Below are positions 40,201 through 54,210 of a DNA stretch of 64,000 nucleotides, one piece after another. Position 1 is the first letter of the stretch, and each line of letters begins with the position of its first letter. Location of the stretch: assembly GCA_000165425.1 (NCBI GenBank), contig CT868618.1, positions 62,001 through 126,000 on the forward strand. The letters run 5' to 3'. This stretch comes from Paramecium tetraurelia (lineage: Eukaryota). Both the position numbers and the translations under genes were made by a program. The notes below the pieces were generated by a model. The model had not been told where the DNA came from, did no database searches, and worked only from the letters and a program-made list of their open reading frames with translations.

Positions 40201-43200
40201 GAGTTCTGGTATTTAGCAATTGTAGGGAATACCAAAGTTCATGCCTTTCAGTAGAGTGTAAGTGGAAAACTCCATATTATCTTTGTTGATTTTAAATAAG
40301 GCAAAAGTTCTATCACCGATCCAGGATTAATCAGATACTTTACCCACAGGATTCTGAGTAACTCGAACTACAGTTTCTTTGTTGTCATTTATCTTTTGGA
40401 ATTGCTTATACCATAAAGCCAAAGAATATTCATTTGCTGGGAAGTCAACCATCTAGGGATTATTTGGAAGAACCTTATAATTATCAATCTTTCCATCGAT
40501 AATTGTATATTTATGAGAGACATCATAAGGAACAGAAGGCATTAAGTCTGAGTTCTTCATCCTTTACAAGATGTCATTCTTACTATCTATGTAAGCTCCA
40601 TTGCCTAATCTAAATTTGATGCCTGTCAACTATCCATTAAAGTTTGGATAGTACTTTCCACTATGACCAATTGTAAGTTGAGCATAATTATTTATTGGAT
40701 TGTGCAATGCATCTATTTTAAGTTCATCCACAATATCCATCCTACCTGTATATGCCATGGCAACACCTTGAGTTTGAGATATCCGTTTATAACTGTAATA
40801 AATATAAACCCATTCAGATTCATATTCCATTTGATATTAGAGATTACTAAAGATATTGGGTTATCCTATTGTGTAGGTTGAGAATTAGAATATCCCTTGT
40901 GATTTTTCATCTTCCCCTTTTCCAAAGAGTATCATCAGTACTCTATCACCAACTGCATCTGCATCTCTATAATCTCTATTAGTTGTCAATCTACTCAATC
41001 CCATCCATTTAGGTTGACTGAAGAGGATACTACTTCCATAGTACCTGAATCTCATCCACATTCCATAACCATAGGAACTGACTCCTTCTATTTTAACATC
41101 AGATTGTTCATTCAATTCTACCATCCAGGGAATATTTTATTTGTCTGCCTAGGACTCTATTACTTTATCACTATGATTTATTTCTTGATTTGCTGTCTAC
41201 ATTTTCAAATGGTCAGTTCCACTATTGAATCCAAAATTCAACTCTACAGTTTCACTCTATTCATATCCACTTTCTAAATATGAACCATCTCCAACATTCA
41301 ATACCCATTATTTAATTTGACCCAACCATTGATTTGCCAATTGATACTTCTTACCCAAGAATACAGTAAATGTTGACAACAATATTCTGTTGATCTCTTA
41401 GAATGTCTATTATTATTAATTAAAAGTGAATTTGCATAAGGCAAACAACTTCTTCTATTTCTGAGTATACCCTATGTAAATGAAGGTCCATTGATTATAA
41501 TACTCATTAAACTCAATGTTCTTCTCCTAAGATTGCGAACAATCCTCTCCATTACAATTATACGTTCCAAATATATAATCCTTATCAGTTTTTTATACAT
41601 ATAATTAACTATCTGTCTAGCCTGGCTTAATGTCTTATTACTTCTTCTGAACCATCATCAATATACTATATAATCCTCCTTGCTTTTAATCGCCTCCCCA
41701 TTTAACCCAACCAGATAATGCATATTCGTTAACACCTGCGTATTATGAATACTCAAACACATTCTCAGGTTCTTTCACTTTGACCATATCGGTTTCTTAA
41801 CCCAGCAATTGGATACTCTTTCGAACGGCTGAACTTATTCCCAAAACTGGTTTCTCCAACTATTAAAATTGTTCATATTATGCAACATCAACAAGAAATG
41901 CTCCATTTCCTAATCTCATTTGCACATTTGCTAATTTACCATTAAATTGAGGAATATTTGATTTTCCTACATTCAACTCCACATACTCTAAAATGTAATC
42001 ATGTAACACCTCTATTGAACACTCCTTTACTTGTCCTCCAATTCCAAATTAAACATAACCTTTGGCTAAACCCATATTATTATTCATTCTTTTATATGAG
42101 AAGGACAAGTAATTCCATGATCCCTCTAATTGAGAATCTAAAGCAATCACACCTTTTTTAATGTCATTGCTTATTAGATTGTAAGTGGAGAACTCATATT
42201 CCTTCTTGCCCAATCTCATTTATAGTGTAGTATCCTTGATGTCATTATTAACTTATATATTGTCACTCTAGATTAACTTATTGTTCTTCAATTCTAACAA
42301 CTTACTCTGAGTACCCATTCTAGCAATCTAATGAAAATCACTTCTGCTTCCTATAAACTTTGGTAGACTACTTAACCAACATGTCCATAACCCTATTGAA
42401 TACTCACTCAATCCATTGATTCTTGTATTGCTATCATCTTAGATTAGAATCTAATTGATCAATGACTCTTTTTAATCAAATGATATTTCGTACTGATCCT
42501 ATTAGCCTCTCATTACAAATGGTTTAACCAACTAAAATAATCTCACAGCTCCATCACCATATCCAAAATTGTAATCCAACTTCTTAGACTTTGCATAACT
42601 TTCAGGTCCCAAATAAACTCCAACCTGAGACACTTTGCCATTAAAGGATGCAACCGTCTGGTCTCCCCCCAAAGTAAAATACAATGAATTTGTATTCTTA
42701 TGTTCCAGTCCTTCAATTACAACTTCCTCATTCGCTCCCACTCTTATCATTATACCTTATGCCTTCTTCTCCTCCTAATTGAACCCAAAATAAACATAAG
42801 TCCACACATTAGTAGTATAAGGTACTGATTTCACTATCATATCACTACCCTTCCCTTCATTTCCAACCACTGAATATGTATGAAAGTTCAATCCTACATT
42901 CTATAACCCTCTTATGAAATGAATTTCCAGAGCTCTATCTCCCAACTCTCTTTTATCCTTCACTCTTTATTTATTAGATCTCAAATTCATAATCTAAAAT
43001 GAATTCAACTCCTTCACATCCAAATTATCAACCCATCTAAACCAACCTGCAATTGCATAATGTTCATAAATAAAAGAATCCTTAAATCCCTTCTCAAAAT
43101 TGCAATTTTTATTTCCATCCATATCCACTGGTGGCCCCACTATCACCTCCTCGTGATATGTTTTCAATCCTTATGGCATAAAGGACATTGTCTCAACTAA

Positions 43201-46200
43201 ATTAAACAACTCCTATTCATTATCGATCAATGCAGGTGATTCGATATCGTAAAAGATATTTGCAAATTAACCTTGCAATCCTGGATAATGCAGATGCTTT
43301 CCTCCCACCATCAATTACATATAAAATGGAGGTGCATGAGTGCCTGGGATCTCAATCCTTTAGAACTCCTTGCCCTTACCGTATGTTAGAACAAATCCTA
43401 CTGACTTCTATTTACGACTGCTATACGAGAACGACACGAAATACCATCTACCATCGATATTCTGATTCAAACTTATTTAAGCCACTTTATTCTTCTCTCT
43501 TCCAACATAATCGTATGTAGCAAAAACAAATGAGTTATCAACCAAAAAGTTTGCCAAAGTCCTATCTCCATAATTCTAAAAATCCAAGTAGTCCTTCAAT
43601 GAAGTCAATCTTGACAAAAAATAATATTAATTTTATTGCATCTTGAACTCTAAGGTACTCTAATATCTCACCCAATATCCATATCCATACTCTTCTGAAT
43701 CCTATAATTCTTTATTTGAAAATTAGATTTCATAAGATGCTTTCCCTTCAACTGAGGAATCATAATATTTTGATTATCTAACCAAAATGTTTGCTGTGCT
43801 CTACAATGGTTTATGCTTGAATGGAACAAATTTAACTGGGTCAATAATTTGATCAGGATTCTCATCAAGTCCTTTCGTAGGAATTTAAGATTAGGTATCT
43901 GGAATCAAATCAGTTGGTTAAAGAGGTTTTTACTCACTAGGCTTTTGAGGTTGAAGTTGGTTCTAGTCAATTTCTATGGATTATTATGAAGGATCCTGTT
44001 ATTAAGCTTGAGGTTATACTTATTAATTAGGTGCTTATTAATTATTCTCTTATTATGGTTGTGGTTATTATTATTATGTTGGTTACTACTTATCAGAAGG
44101 CTATTAATTTCCTTATTCTTATGTTTACTACACTGCTCCTTATTAAGCAGGTTGTTATTCGCTCTATAAAGGATTAACTTATTAAACCTAGGATTATTGC
44201 TATTAATTTTATTGTTAAGGCTCTTATTATTTAGGCTATTCTTTATTTATTTCTTAGCTTTATTAATTAGTTTAACTTTATTATGTAGGTTGTGATGCTT
44301 ACTATTAAGTAGGAGGCAAATCTTTTGCTTAAACATTTTAATCTTAAGTTTACAAGGTATTTTATTATTATTACTGTTATGCATTTGTTTATGACTATTC
44401 TGTTTATTATTATTATTAATTCTACTATTAAGGCTATTGTTGTTGTTGTTATGGTTATTGTTGTTGATCTGTTTATGGTTATTGCTGTTGTTCTGTTTAT
44501 GGTTATTGCTGTTGTTATGGTTATGCTTATGGTTGTTGTTATATTTATGGTTATTGCTATTGTTATGATTATTATTGTAATTATTATTGCAGTTGTGATT
44601 GTTATGTCGATGTCTATGGCTCTTGTTATTATTATTATTAAGCCTATTATTAAGATTACTATTATTAATCCTGCTATTAAGACTATTATTAAGCCTGTTA
44701 TTACTATTATTATTATGATTGCACTTTTTATTATTGTTACTAATCTGGAGCTAATTATTATTCTGTTAATTTAAATTCTTCTGCTTGTGCTTTTACTTAG
44801 GTTGATTATTTCATTGAGTCTGGTATTGGCTAAATTTCTTAAAAGGATTCAGTTTATTCATCTTGTAAAGGATTTAATTATTAATCAGATTAGCTCTAAT
44901 CATCATTTTCAATATAGATTTCATCGTTATCCTACTATTAGATTACATCTTCATTCTAAATTTAAGAATCATTCACTTCTTCTTAATCAATATATCGAAC
45001 CTCTTAATCATCTTATAATTCAACATCATCAAGGCTAACTTCATCAATTACCACTTAATTATTTTAATCATCATCTTGACCTTAAGATTAAGAATCATCA
45101 AATTCATCAAGAGTTGATGATTCGGAATTTGGAGATATATTTTCCTATTCACTTTAATAGTCAACATCTTGTTGATCATGCTCATCATTATTTAATTTAA
45201 TGAATCTTTATTATTTCTAATTTTGAACTGGTTAAATAGTTTCCACATCTAATTAATCTTGATCAGATTATTGAGCATATTCTTAATCCTCATTTACATC
45301 AATTTAATTATAATTGTCATCTTGAAATTCTTGGTCTCCTTAAGAATCTGAATATTATTAATTATTATCTAATTCTCCATCCAAATTAACTTAATCATTG
45401 TCTTCTAAAATGTCCTTAAATGAATTATATTCATCTTAATTGTTACCTTAATCTTAATTTTCTTAATCGTCCAATATATGTTAATCTTATATGATATTTT
45501 ATTAATTCTAAGAATCAAGAGCCTCATATGGTTTTAAATCACTCACTACATAGTAATCAGCAGAGTCTTAAACCTATTGCTCTTCTTAGTCCTAAATATT
45601 AGATTAATAATTATCTTCTTCTTCATTATTTTGAAAAGGTGGATTTTGATATTATTATTATTAGTCTGTATCTGTAAAATCTTAATCCTACGGTTATTCT
45701 TCGTTATAATTTTAATTTTAGACATCTGTTTAATGAACTTCTTCATCTCTCCTCTTTTTGATTTATTTTTTGATTCTAAATTATTATGGTTATTTTTATT
45801 ATTTCGATTCCTTTCTTGTTCTTGTTCTTGTTCTTTAGTTTTATTGTTTTCTTTACTTATTTTGATATGATCTTTCTTAATCGTAATTGTATTCATCATA
45901 ATCATAATAATTACTATAATCATAATCTGAATCACTATCATATAAAACTTATTAGATAGCATCTTCATATTCATTAACATCATATTCATCATAAGTATCT
46001 GGCTTAGAGTGTTTATTTGTTTTATTTATTTTTTATTTGACTTCTTGTTATTAATTTTAGCATTATTGCTTAATTTACAAAAGTTACTTAAGATTTGATG
46101 TCAGCTACTCTTTATCATAATCAGTTGCTTTTGAAGATTGAGATAATATTAATTGCATTTTCTGTTTTGTTGCTTAAATACAAACATCAATTTCAGTTAA

Positions 46201-46612
46201 TAGATCTAATTTCTCTTTTTTAGTTTGCTTTTGATTCATTTATTATATTAACTTCATGATTTTGGCCAGATCCATCTCAAATTTGGCTTGAAAGTCTTGT
46301 TTAATAGGCATCTCAATTTCAATCAATAATGATTAATGCAATAGTTATTGTTTAGTATTTTTAACAATTTTTTCGACTTCCAACAATCCATTTAAATCAT
46401 CTCCCAATTAATTATTTAGCTCAATTGCCTCTTTCCACTATATGGTGTCGGAGATCATTATATTAATGTCATCTAGGTCTTTGCATCTCAAATTTTGCAA
46501 GTTCAAACTAACCGCTTATTGGAGTGTTAGCTCTAAATATTTTATAGCTTTTACTTGAAGTTGCCAAAACAAGCAAACTCACAATGACTATTGTTACGTA
46601 TGCGTTTTTCAT
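37289..46612 (-). CDS. Giant secreted protein (~3090 aa) with low-complexity D/E and Q/P regions and ten ConA/LamG-like beta-sandwich repeats
   Basis: Signal peptide MKNAYVTIVIVSLLVLA. 22- and 26-nt introns. Repeats about every 640 nt with Y(G/A/S)xxxW...RLT...GDRxL...F.TY...W.(Y/F).Y.GY motifs. Confidence 0.85.
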
Positions 46613-47213
46613 AATATTTATAGGGAACTATTAAAAGAATTTAATCAATAAAATAAACCAGTCCCTATTCTAACTTATTTGGATTTAGATGATATGTGTA
46701 AATAAGACTCCAGAAAGGTTGGTTACTTAAAGAATTAAAAATACTAACATTTGTACCCTAGAACAACGACTAACAAAATTCCAAAATTTTTAGTGAATCG
46801 CTTTGGAATTTTCGTAGTAATCATAAGAACACTAACAATATAATATAGTTTAAAATATTTTTATTTAATGGAATTTTGATTTTATAGAATTGATAGAACA
46901 TTAATAAGGTTCTTTATCTAACTGTTTTATTAATATGTAGAACTTGCTAGTTAGATAAGATCTGATAATCTTTAGTTAGGTTTGAGTTAAAAATAACCTA
47001 ATTAATTATATCTGTAATTATTGCTGAATAATCAACTGAAATCTCATTTTATGTTTAGTTAAATAAAAAAAACAAACTAGTTATAAGCATTGTGTTATGA
47101 GAATTCATAACATCTTGATTATTGTTGTATTAGAAACATTGTTACATATATTATATATAAATAGAGTCTAATAAATATACAAGGCACTGCAATATAATTT
47201 GATTAATTTTTTA

Positions 47214-49451
47214 ATGAACAACAATAGTAACACTAAGTTGGATATTCTTCCAAAACTTATGTCTTCTCATCATAAACTTCTTGAGCCAGCTTATCTGAAG
47301 AATACTCAATTCAAAATCAGCCAAAATGAGAGCAAATTGTTACCTCTCATTCAGAGGAGTTCCATGATGCAGCCTAACTAAAGTTCAAAATAATTAATCG
47401 TTTAGAGTAAATAGAAATTTAATCTTAGGGTTGATAAGCAATTTAGAATTTAGTTCCAGGCATTTTGGAGCTGCCTGTGATAGAGGCTTTTAGGGGTTGT
47501 CAAAATACCACTATTCTCAAAAATTTGGTCATTCCGCTGTACGATTGGAGCCACTTAACAGAAATATTATTGCAGAACTCACAGATGCAGAGGATACTGA
47601 AGAAATTCCAAAGGATGAAAGGACCTATTATAAAAGAATATATAAATTTAAGAACATGCCAATTTTAGCATTAATCAAGTCTTTTGAGATAGAATGGGTA
47701 AGAGAGTTCGAAGATGAGGTTAATAAGAAATCGACCAAATCATTGCAATTAAGTTTTTAAACTGCACTTGCAATATTTAATACTTATCCTGATCCATTAG
47801 AATTTTTCCAAAAAAATCTGTAATTACTTGAGAGGAGTTCAGTTGCTTTAAAACAAAAAGGATTGACTTAATTAAAATATAAAGTGAAGAATTTTGACGA
47901 GGATGAATTTTAGAGGATGATTGTCATAAAAAATTAGTCAGGTTAAGGATACTTTAGAATTTATTTTCCAACAATTCAACTTTATTTATAAGAATACTCT
48001 CATAATTAAACAATTGATTTGTCACCTCTTAGATTATATGAAATCGTAAAGAATAATTTTTTTGAAATGGCCTCCATAGTGGAATAATTTGATTTTGAAA
48101 AGTTTAAATTATATATCCAAGATTCCGAAAACTAGGGAATTCTAGAACAATTAGAGGAACAAACGAAATAAAGAACTGATAACATTTAAAAGGTTGAAAC
48201 ACCGTAGCCATAGGAGATAGCGTAATAATCATAAATACAAGATAACGAACTTGAATAAACTGTTGATTAATAATAATAATAAAAAGCATAAGAACAAACA
48301 TAATTATCAGAATTGAATTAATAATAATAAGAATCTACATAATTAGAATCAACATAACAATAGTAAGAATCAGCATAATAATAATAAGAATCTACATAAT
48401 AATAATTATTAGAATCTACATAATAATAATAAGAATCAATATAACAATAATAAGAATCGACATAATAATAATTAGAATCTACATAATAATAATTATTAGA
48501 ATCTACAAAATAATAATAAGAATCGACATAATCATAATTAGAATCTACATAATAGTAATAAGAATCGACATAATAATAATAAGAATCAACATAATAATAA
48601 TAAGAATCGACATAATAATTAGAATCTACATAATAATAATAAGAATCGACATAATAATAATAAGAATCAACATAAAAATAAGAACAATAATAATAATAGG
48701 AATTGATATCATAATAAGGATAATAATAATAGAAGTAGTAATAATAGTAGTAACAATAGTAACAATAATAATAATAATAACAATAAGTATAGTAACAAAA
48801 ATAATAAGAGTAAATTTTGATCGGTAATCCTGTGAACACTGATCTTAGCATAATTATTATTGAGGGTATTAGTAATTGCATATTTAGAAAAACATGAATT
48901 TCCAGAGTAGATTCTATAAAGGAAATGGATCAAGAAGGTTGTTGAAAAAGATAATACATATTATACTGTTGATTTCCTACCTTTTTAAATTTTATTGAGA
49001 GAAAAGAGATCATAAAAAATCATCAAAATGTATTCTCCATCTTTAAAGGAAGTGGATTTTATTATATTCTAATTAAATAATAAAAGCTTACTTGACATAT
49101 TAAATGATAATGTGAAGACAACTTTTGATATGCCTCCCGAAGCATTTGATTATAAAGAATTTAAAAAAGGATCTAAAATTTCATTCCTTTTAGAAGAAAT
49201 CGCAGAAAAGCCTCTTGAGATTACTGAAGAACAACTTAACAACGGTATATTGAGCCCATGGACAAAAGAGATTGAAGTGAACAATAAAGATTTGTAAATC
49301 ATAATAGAGTACATATATGAATAAATTTAGACCCTGTATGCTCGAAATCTATAATTAACTTAAATGCAGTACGATTAAACGACCATGCACATCAAAAGAA
49401 TTAACACATATTCTAACGAAAAGATATTCAATTGGTTTTAGATTAATATGA
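47214..49451 (+). CDS. Uncharacterised protein with ESTQQQQ repeat insert
   Basis: MNNNSNTKLDILPK... Three 22-nt introns, ends RYSIGFRLI*. Confidence 0.75.
48331..48680 (+). repeat. Coding minisatellite, ~17 copies of a ~21-nt unit (gaatcNacataataataataa = ESTQQQQ)
   Basis: Tandem units directly visible, all lengths multiples of 3. Confidence 0.92.
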
Positions 49452-49474
49452 AGTTTATTAAAATTTTTATTAAT

Positions 49475-52454
49475 TCAGACATGTTTATCACATTCACATT
49501 GACATACAAACTTGTTAATATATAACTCCTTAGTTTAATGTTATTGATGGCAGTCATAGGAGCATAATCGGCATAAGGATTTCTTGCAAGTCTTGCAACT
49601 ATGATATTTAAATAATAATAATTACTTGAATTGAATTTGATTTTTATTTCGATCTCTGTTTGGAATTGATTGATTGCATGTTCCTAATAGATGACAATAA
49701 CATCTATGATCATTTGAATTGAAAGATTCAATAAATGTATGATTTTTTCTAATTTCATTTAGAAGAATCTAACTCTGCACCATAGAGTCAGATCCATGAG
49801 TCACGGTCTCATAAGAATTAATAGCATTTTCACATTTAGAATGACATTATGTAACGCATGTACTGCAAATTTAAAATAAATGATTAAGGAAGAAAGAATG
49901 AGTTTTAGAACATTTGATACAGTAATACATTTTGCTTAATTTAATTTACTTGCCTTAATTGCATTTAGTGATACCATAATCTTACAGCTTTTATAATCCA
50001 TTATTATGCATAATTATGGTTAATGTAGTGTTAGTTCCATAGAATTAGATGGTGAATTATGACAAGAATTGAAATTTCTTTTGAAGTTGTTTTATCTTTT
50101 CTTTTTCAAAAATTCGATCAAAGCTTAAGACAATGTATTTGAGAAAAGTGAGTTATTCAAACTGAGTGAACAGTCTCTCGAAGAAATCATAGTTGATAGT
50201 ATTCCCAATTAAGGATAATGTCAGTCTTTCCAAGTTTTTTAATTTTCCAATGTTGTTTTTCAGCTTCTCCTAAACCAACTTATCATAATTGGTCATATAA
50301 TCCAAAATCAAAACAAGATCTTTTAAGCTTTGTTTTGAACCCAAATATTCTAAGAATAGACTGACTTCAGAATTTTTAGATTGTAATTTGGTTAAATTAA
50401 ATTAAAACTTTTTTAGATCTAAAGTTCTCAAAGATGCTACTAATAATGAAAAAGCTTATTATAATCCACAATCTTCATAATCCAAACTTAGTTCTTCTAA
50501 AGATGATTAATTAAATTACCAAAGCTATTATGTCTGGGTATAATTTAATTTAATTCTTGGAATTTTAAATTCGAAAGCTGTGCAGTTATATTTACTTAAT
50601 TTCCACATAATAGTTCTATGATCCTATTCAGGCATCTCTGTTCCTATTGTCATGCTGACCTTAGGTATATGCTACACTTTTGTTAAGAATTAGATGATAT
50701 TATTAACTTAAGAACTTTTATTATAGACAATGATATCTAACTGTGTTATGCAAGGGAATTACATATTACTTAAATTATCAGACCACTTATAGTTAGTATT
50801 ATGATTAGAATCCTCAATTAGTTCCAGAGTAAGAATTTGAATATCATTCTGAAGGGATAACACTAGTTCAGGAGTTTGATTATTTAATTTTAATATAAGT
50901 GTTTTGCATTTGTTAGGCAGTTAACATTTAGTTTAGTGGTGATTTTGATTGTTTTAGTATAAACTGATGTAACTTTGATTTTAATAAAGTACGGCAACTT
51001 CACTGTAACTACAATTGAGTAAGTCATCTGTAGGTTTAAAATCATCAGGACCCAACATTTAGATCGAAGGCATAGTCTAAGAAAAGCTTTCAGGGTGCAT
51101 TCTTTTAGATTCTACAACTGAATGATAAAACTTTGATTATTGCCATTATTATCTCTATTATAAGTTTTATGAACTATGGCTAGGAGATGATGGAGTTTTA
51201 ATTTATCTAGCCTTGGTTGACTAAGGGAGCTTCAATGGATTGCCAGATGGCGGTTTGCTGCTAAATTATGTTTCCTTTGTTTAGAAATGTGATGGGGAGG
51301 ATCTGTTTGGAGATCTTGATGCTTGTCTTTTTTTATTGGTGTCAACTAACAGATTTGTTGATGATTTCTATTTTTTCTGATTGCTAAGGTTTAGCTAGAT
51401 TTATTTGGCTGATTTCTATCTTTCCTGTTAATAATAGTTTGATCCTGTGTTACGACCTCTACTTGATATGACATCTGGAGAAAGGTAATCAAATTATGAA
51501 ATGGCCTTTTTAGGTGATTCGAATGATTCAATTGTTGTCCCTTTGGATAATACTTATTATTAATAGGATTGATTTTCTTTCAATTATTATAAAATGGCTT
51601 TTAATTCAATGAAATCAGGACGTTCATTTGGATTAATTTGCAACATTTTCTTTAGAATAGTTAGAATGATTTAGTCTGATTCAGTTATACGTTGAACATG
51701 TCTCATATAATCTGTAATTATTTCTTCTTCAATTTGAGAATTAATTTTCTATCTGGAATGCCATTATTAAAGTGTCACCAGATATAGGAAGCATAAGCCT
51801 AGTGAATAAACGTCACTTTTGAATGGATTATGCTTAAGTTTAGATGTTTCTGCATTCAATAATTCTGGAGCCAAATATGATTTAGTACCCACAACACTTA
51901 TAGTCTATATTGTTTCAATCTATGTACTACATCCAACATCACAAGCTTTTATTTGAAATGGCTCCATTATCAATAGGTTTTCTAATTTTATATCTCTATG
52001 AGCAATATTCTTTTGTTACAAATGTTCAAAAATGTTTATAAGTTATTCTAAAATTTTATGCAATTCCTCTGTGTCTATGAAATGCTTTCTGATTTTGATA
52101 TAGGAATCCAAATTCTGCTAACCTTTTTCCATTAGTAAATATGCAAATTATTGGCTTTAGGCATATTTGTCTGCTGAGACAGTTTCTAGTATCATGAAAT
52201 CAATCAAATTAATCACATATTCTGAAGGAGACAATTACTACATGATTTTGATTTCGTTTTCAATATTACACTAGTTGATTATGACTTACTTAATACAAGA
52301 AATCTCTTACCTTAAGAGCATACTTCTTCCCGTTTACTATGACACTATACACTCTGCTATTACCTTACCCTAAATGTCCATTGTCCACCAAATTCTTACG
52401 AAAGTCATTTCCTTTAATTAATTTCATCTAGCTTAATTGGAGAGACAGATCCAT
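49475..52454 (-). CDS. Ser/Thr protein kinase with C-terminal Cys/His zinc fingers (UBR-box-like)
   Basis: YALK, HRDIKLEN, DVG, GTKSYLAPE, SDVYSLG. C-terminal CIKC..CSTCVTQCH..CYC and CKTC..CRLCSYDCH..H..FVCQC. Confidence 0.88.
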
Positions 52455-53544
52455 TTTAATTAATATATAAAATAATTACAGATTTGCTTGAATCCTATCA
52501 ATGCTCTACTGTATTTGATCTTTAGCTTCAAATTTTGAAGATAGTATACAATAAAAAACTAAAAAAATAAAATAGATGAAAAATCTCACAATAGTGAATG
52601 AAAGTAAAAGAACATAAAAAGTCACAAAAGAAACACAAGGTTCAAGCATAATTTATATTTTAGAAAAACAATAATTATATATAATAATTAATTGTGTTAT
52701 TGGGAATCATCTTGGAGAATTTATCTCTTCCAAATAAGCAAATTACTTTAAAATTTATATTATTATTTATACAAGAGCAAATAAATTTATATAACTGTTC
52801 ATATCTAATTACATTTGGTAGAAGACCCAATAGTATATATTAGATTTTACATAGGTCTAAAATTCAAAATGTCAAATTGTAAAACTAAAAGATGGAGTTA
52901 TTCAAATTTTTTTTTTCATTTATTTATCCTTAATATCCTGAAAATTTCCCTTCCTTTCATTATTATATCCAAAACGTAAAAAAAAGAATTTTTTTGATTA
53001 TTTTATTTCTTGAAAATTGAAGACTTACAACTACATTTTAAGAGGTATTTCTAAAATACTCTAAATTATTTGATTTTCAGATAAAATTCATTTTGGAAAG
53101 AAAAACATTATTTAAAAAATTGCAATATAATATCTAGAGTAAAAATTAATTAATCAAAGTGATATTAGCGTGTTAACAACAAAAGTTTAATAGATAAGTT
53201 CTTAATATGGTATTATTCTCAGGAATAAACTGAAATTTTATAAAATAATGATAATAAATAGATTCATTTAATTAAACTTTTTTTTTCCATTTATTTGCAG
53301 TCATATCATACTATTCTTAAAAGGATTTTTAATCTGATATGTTTGTTATTAGACAATAAATTTTATAGTTATAATTTATTAGACTCTGAAAAAAAGGAGA
53401 GAAGCTTTCAATATCGACTTAAAGTTTAATGTACTTTTAATTATATCATTTGATTTTGTTTAAGAATGTTTTAATTTTTAAGAAATAGCATAGCATTTTA
53501 TAAGCAATTGAAAAATTGAGTTCAATTATTATAAATAAATATTT

Positions 53545-53961
53545 ATGTCGGAATAAGACACTGGTTATAAGCCTATGAGATTTTTAGTTCAGGCTAAGAA
53601 TGAAGTTTCGATTGGAATAGTCTATCAACCATCAGATAAATAAAAACCACCTATGATTTACAAGGTTATACTAAAGAATATTTACGAAATAGAGAATCCT
53701 ACTCGAGATGGCATAAAAGAGAGGATATTCGCTGATCATCCTTTTCTTATAAGAAGTGAAGAATTAGAAAAACATGTAAGATAATATTTCTTAAAATTAG
53801 ATGGATGCTGGAATATAAACGATATTCACAATAAGGGATGAAAAAATAAAGTTGAGTAAAAATTTGTATTTATAGTAGATCAATCATAAAAAAACGATGA
53901 ACTAGACACTAATGAAGGTAAGGAAGGAATTGTAGCCAAACTCCCAACATCAAAAAAATGA
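53545..53961 (+). CDS. Small protein, weakly CEP19-like
   Basis: MSEQDTGYKPMRFLVQ...IFADHPFL. Two short introns give an open frame to TGA 53959. Family resemblance by eye only. Confidence 0.6.
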
Positions 53962-54210
53962 ATAAAATGATATTATAAATTAATAAGTATAACTCTCTTT
54001 TGTTTATTGTAATAATAAAATTATGAAAGCAAATATTAATAAATATCTAATCTTGTGACTCTAATAATAATTTAATCTACAAAGAATTATGAATTATAAA
54101 ACTCGAGTAAATTCTTTCAGAGAAATTATCTTATAATTCTGAGGAGTGTTTTTATATTATTCAATTAATTGAGTGATACCATTTATTTTAATAATATTTA
54201 TTAGAATAGT

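Noticed and set aside
44325..45992. Hydrophobic Ile/Val-rich and Asn-rich ORFs
   Set aside because: Antisense or off-frame translations of the Q/P- and D/Q-rich parts of the giant minus-strand gene.
48318..48933. Tyr-rich (VDSYYYY) and poly-Leu minus-strand ORFs; possible CRISPR-like array
   Set aside because: Antisense reading of the ESTQQQQ coding repeat; there are no unique spacers.
49740..49830. Possible TGA read-through (Cys/Sec) in the zinc-finger region
   Set aside because: The correct frame is open without TGA; the stops are in another frame.
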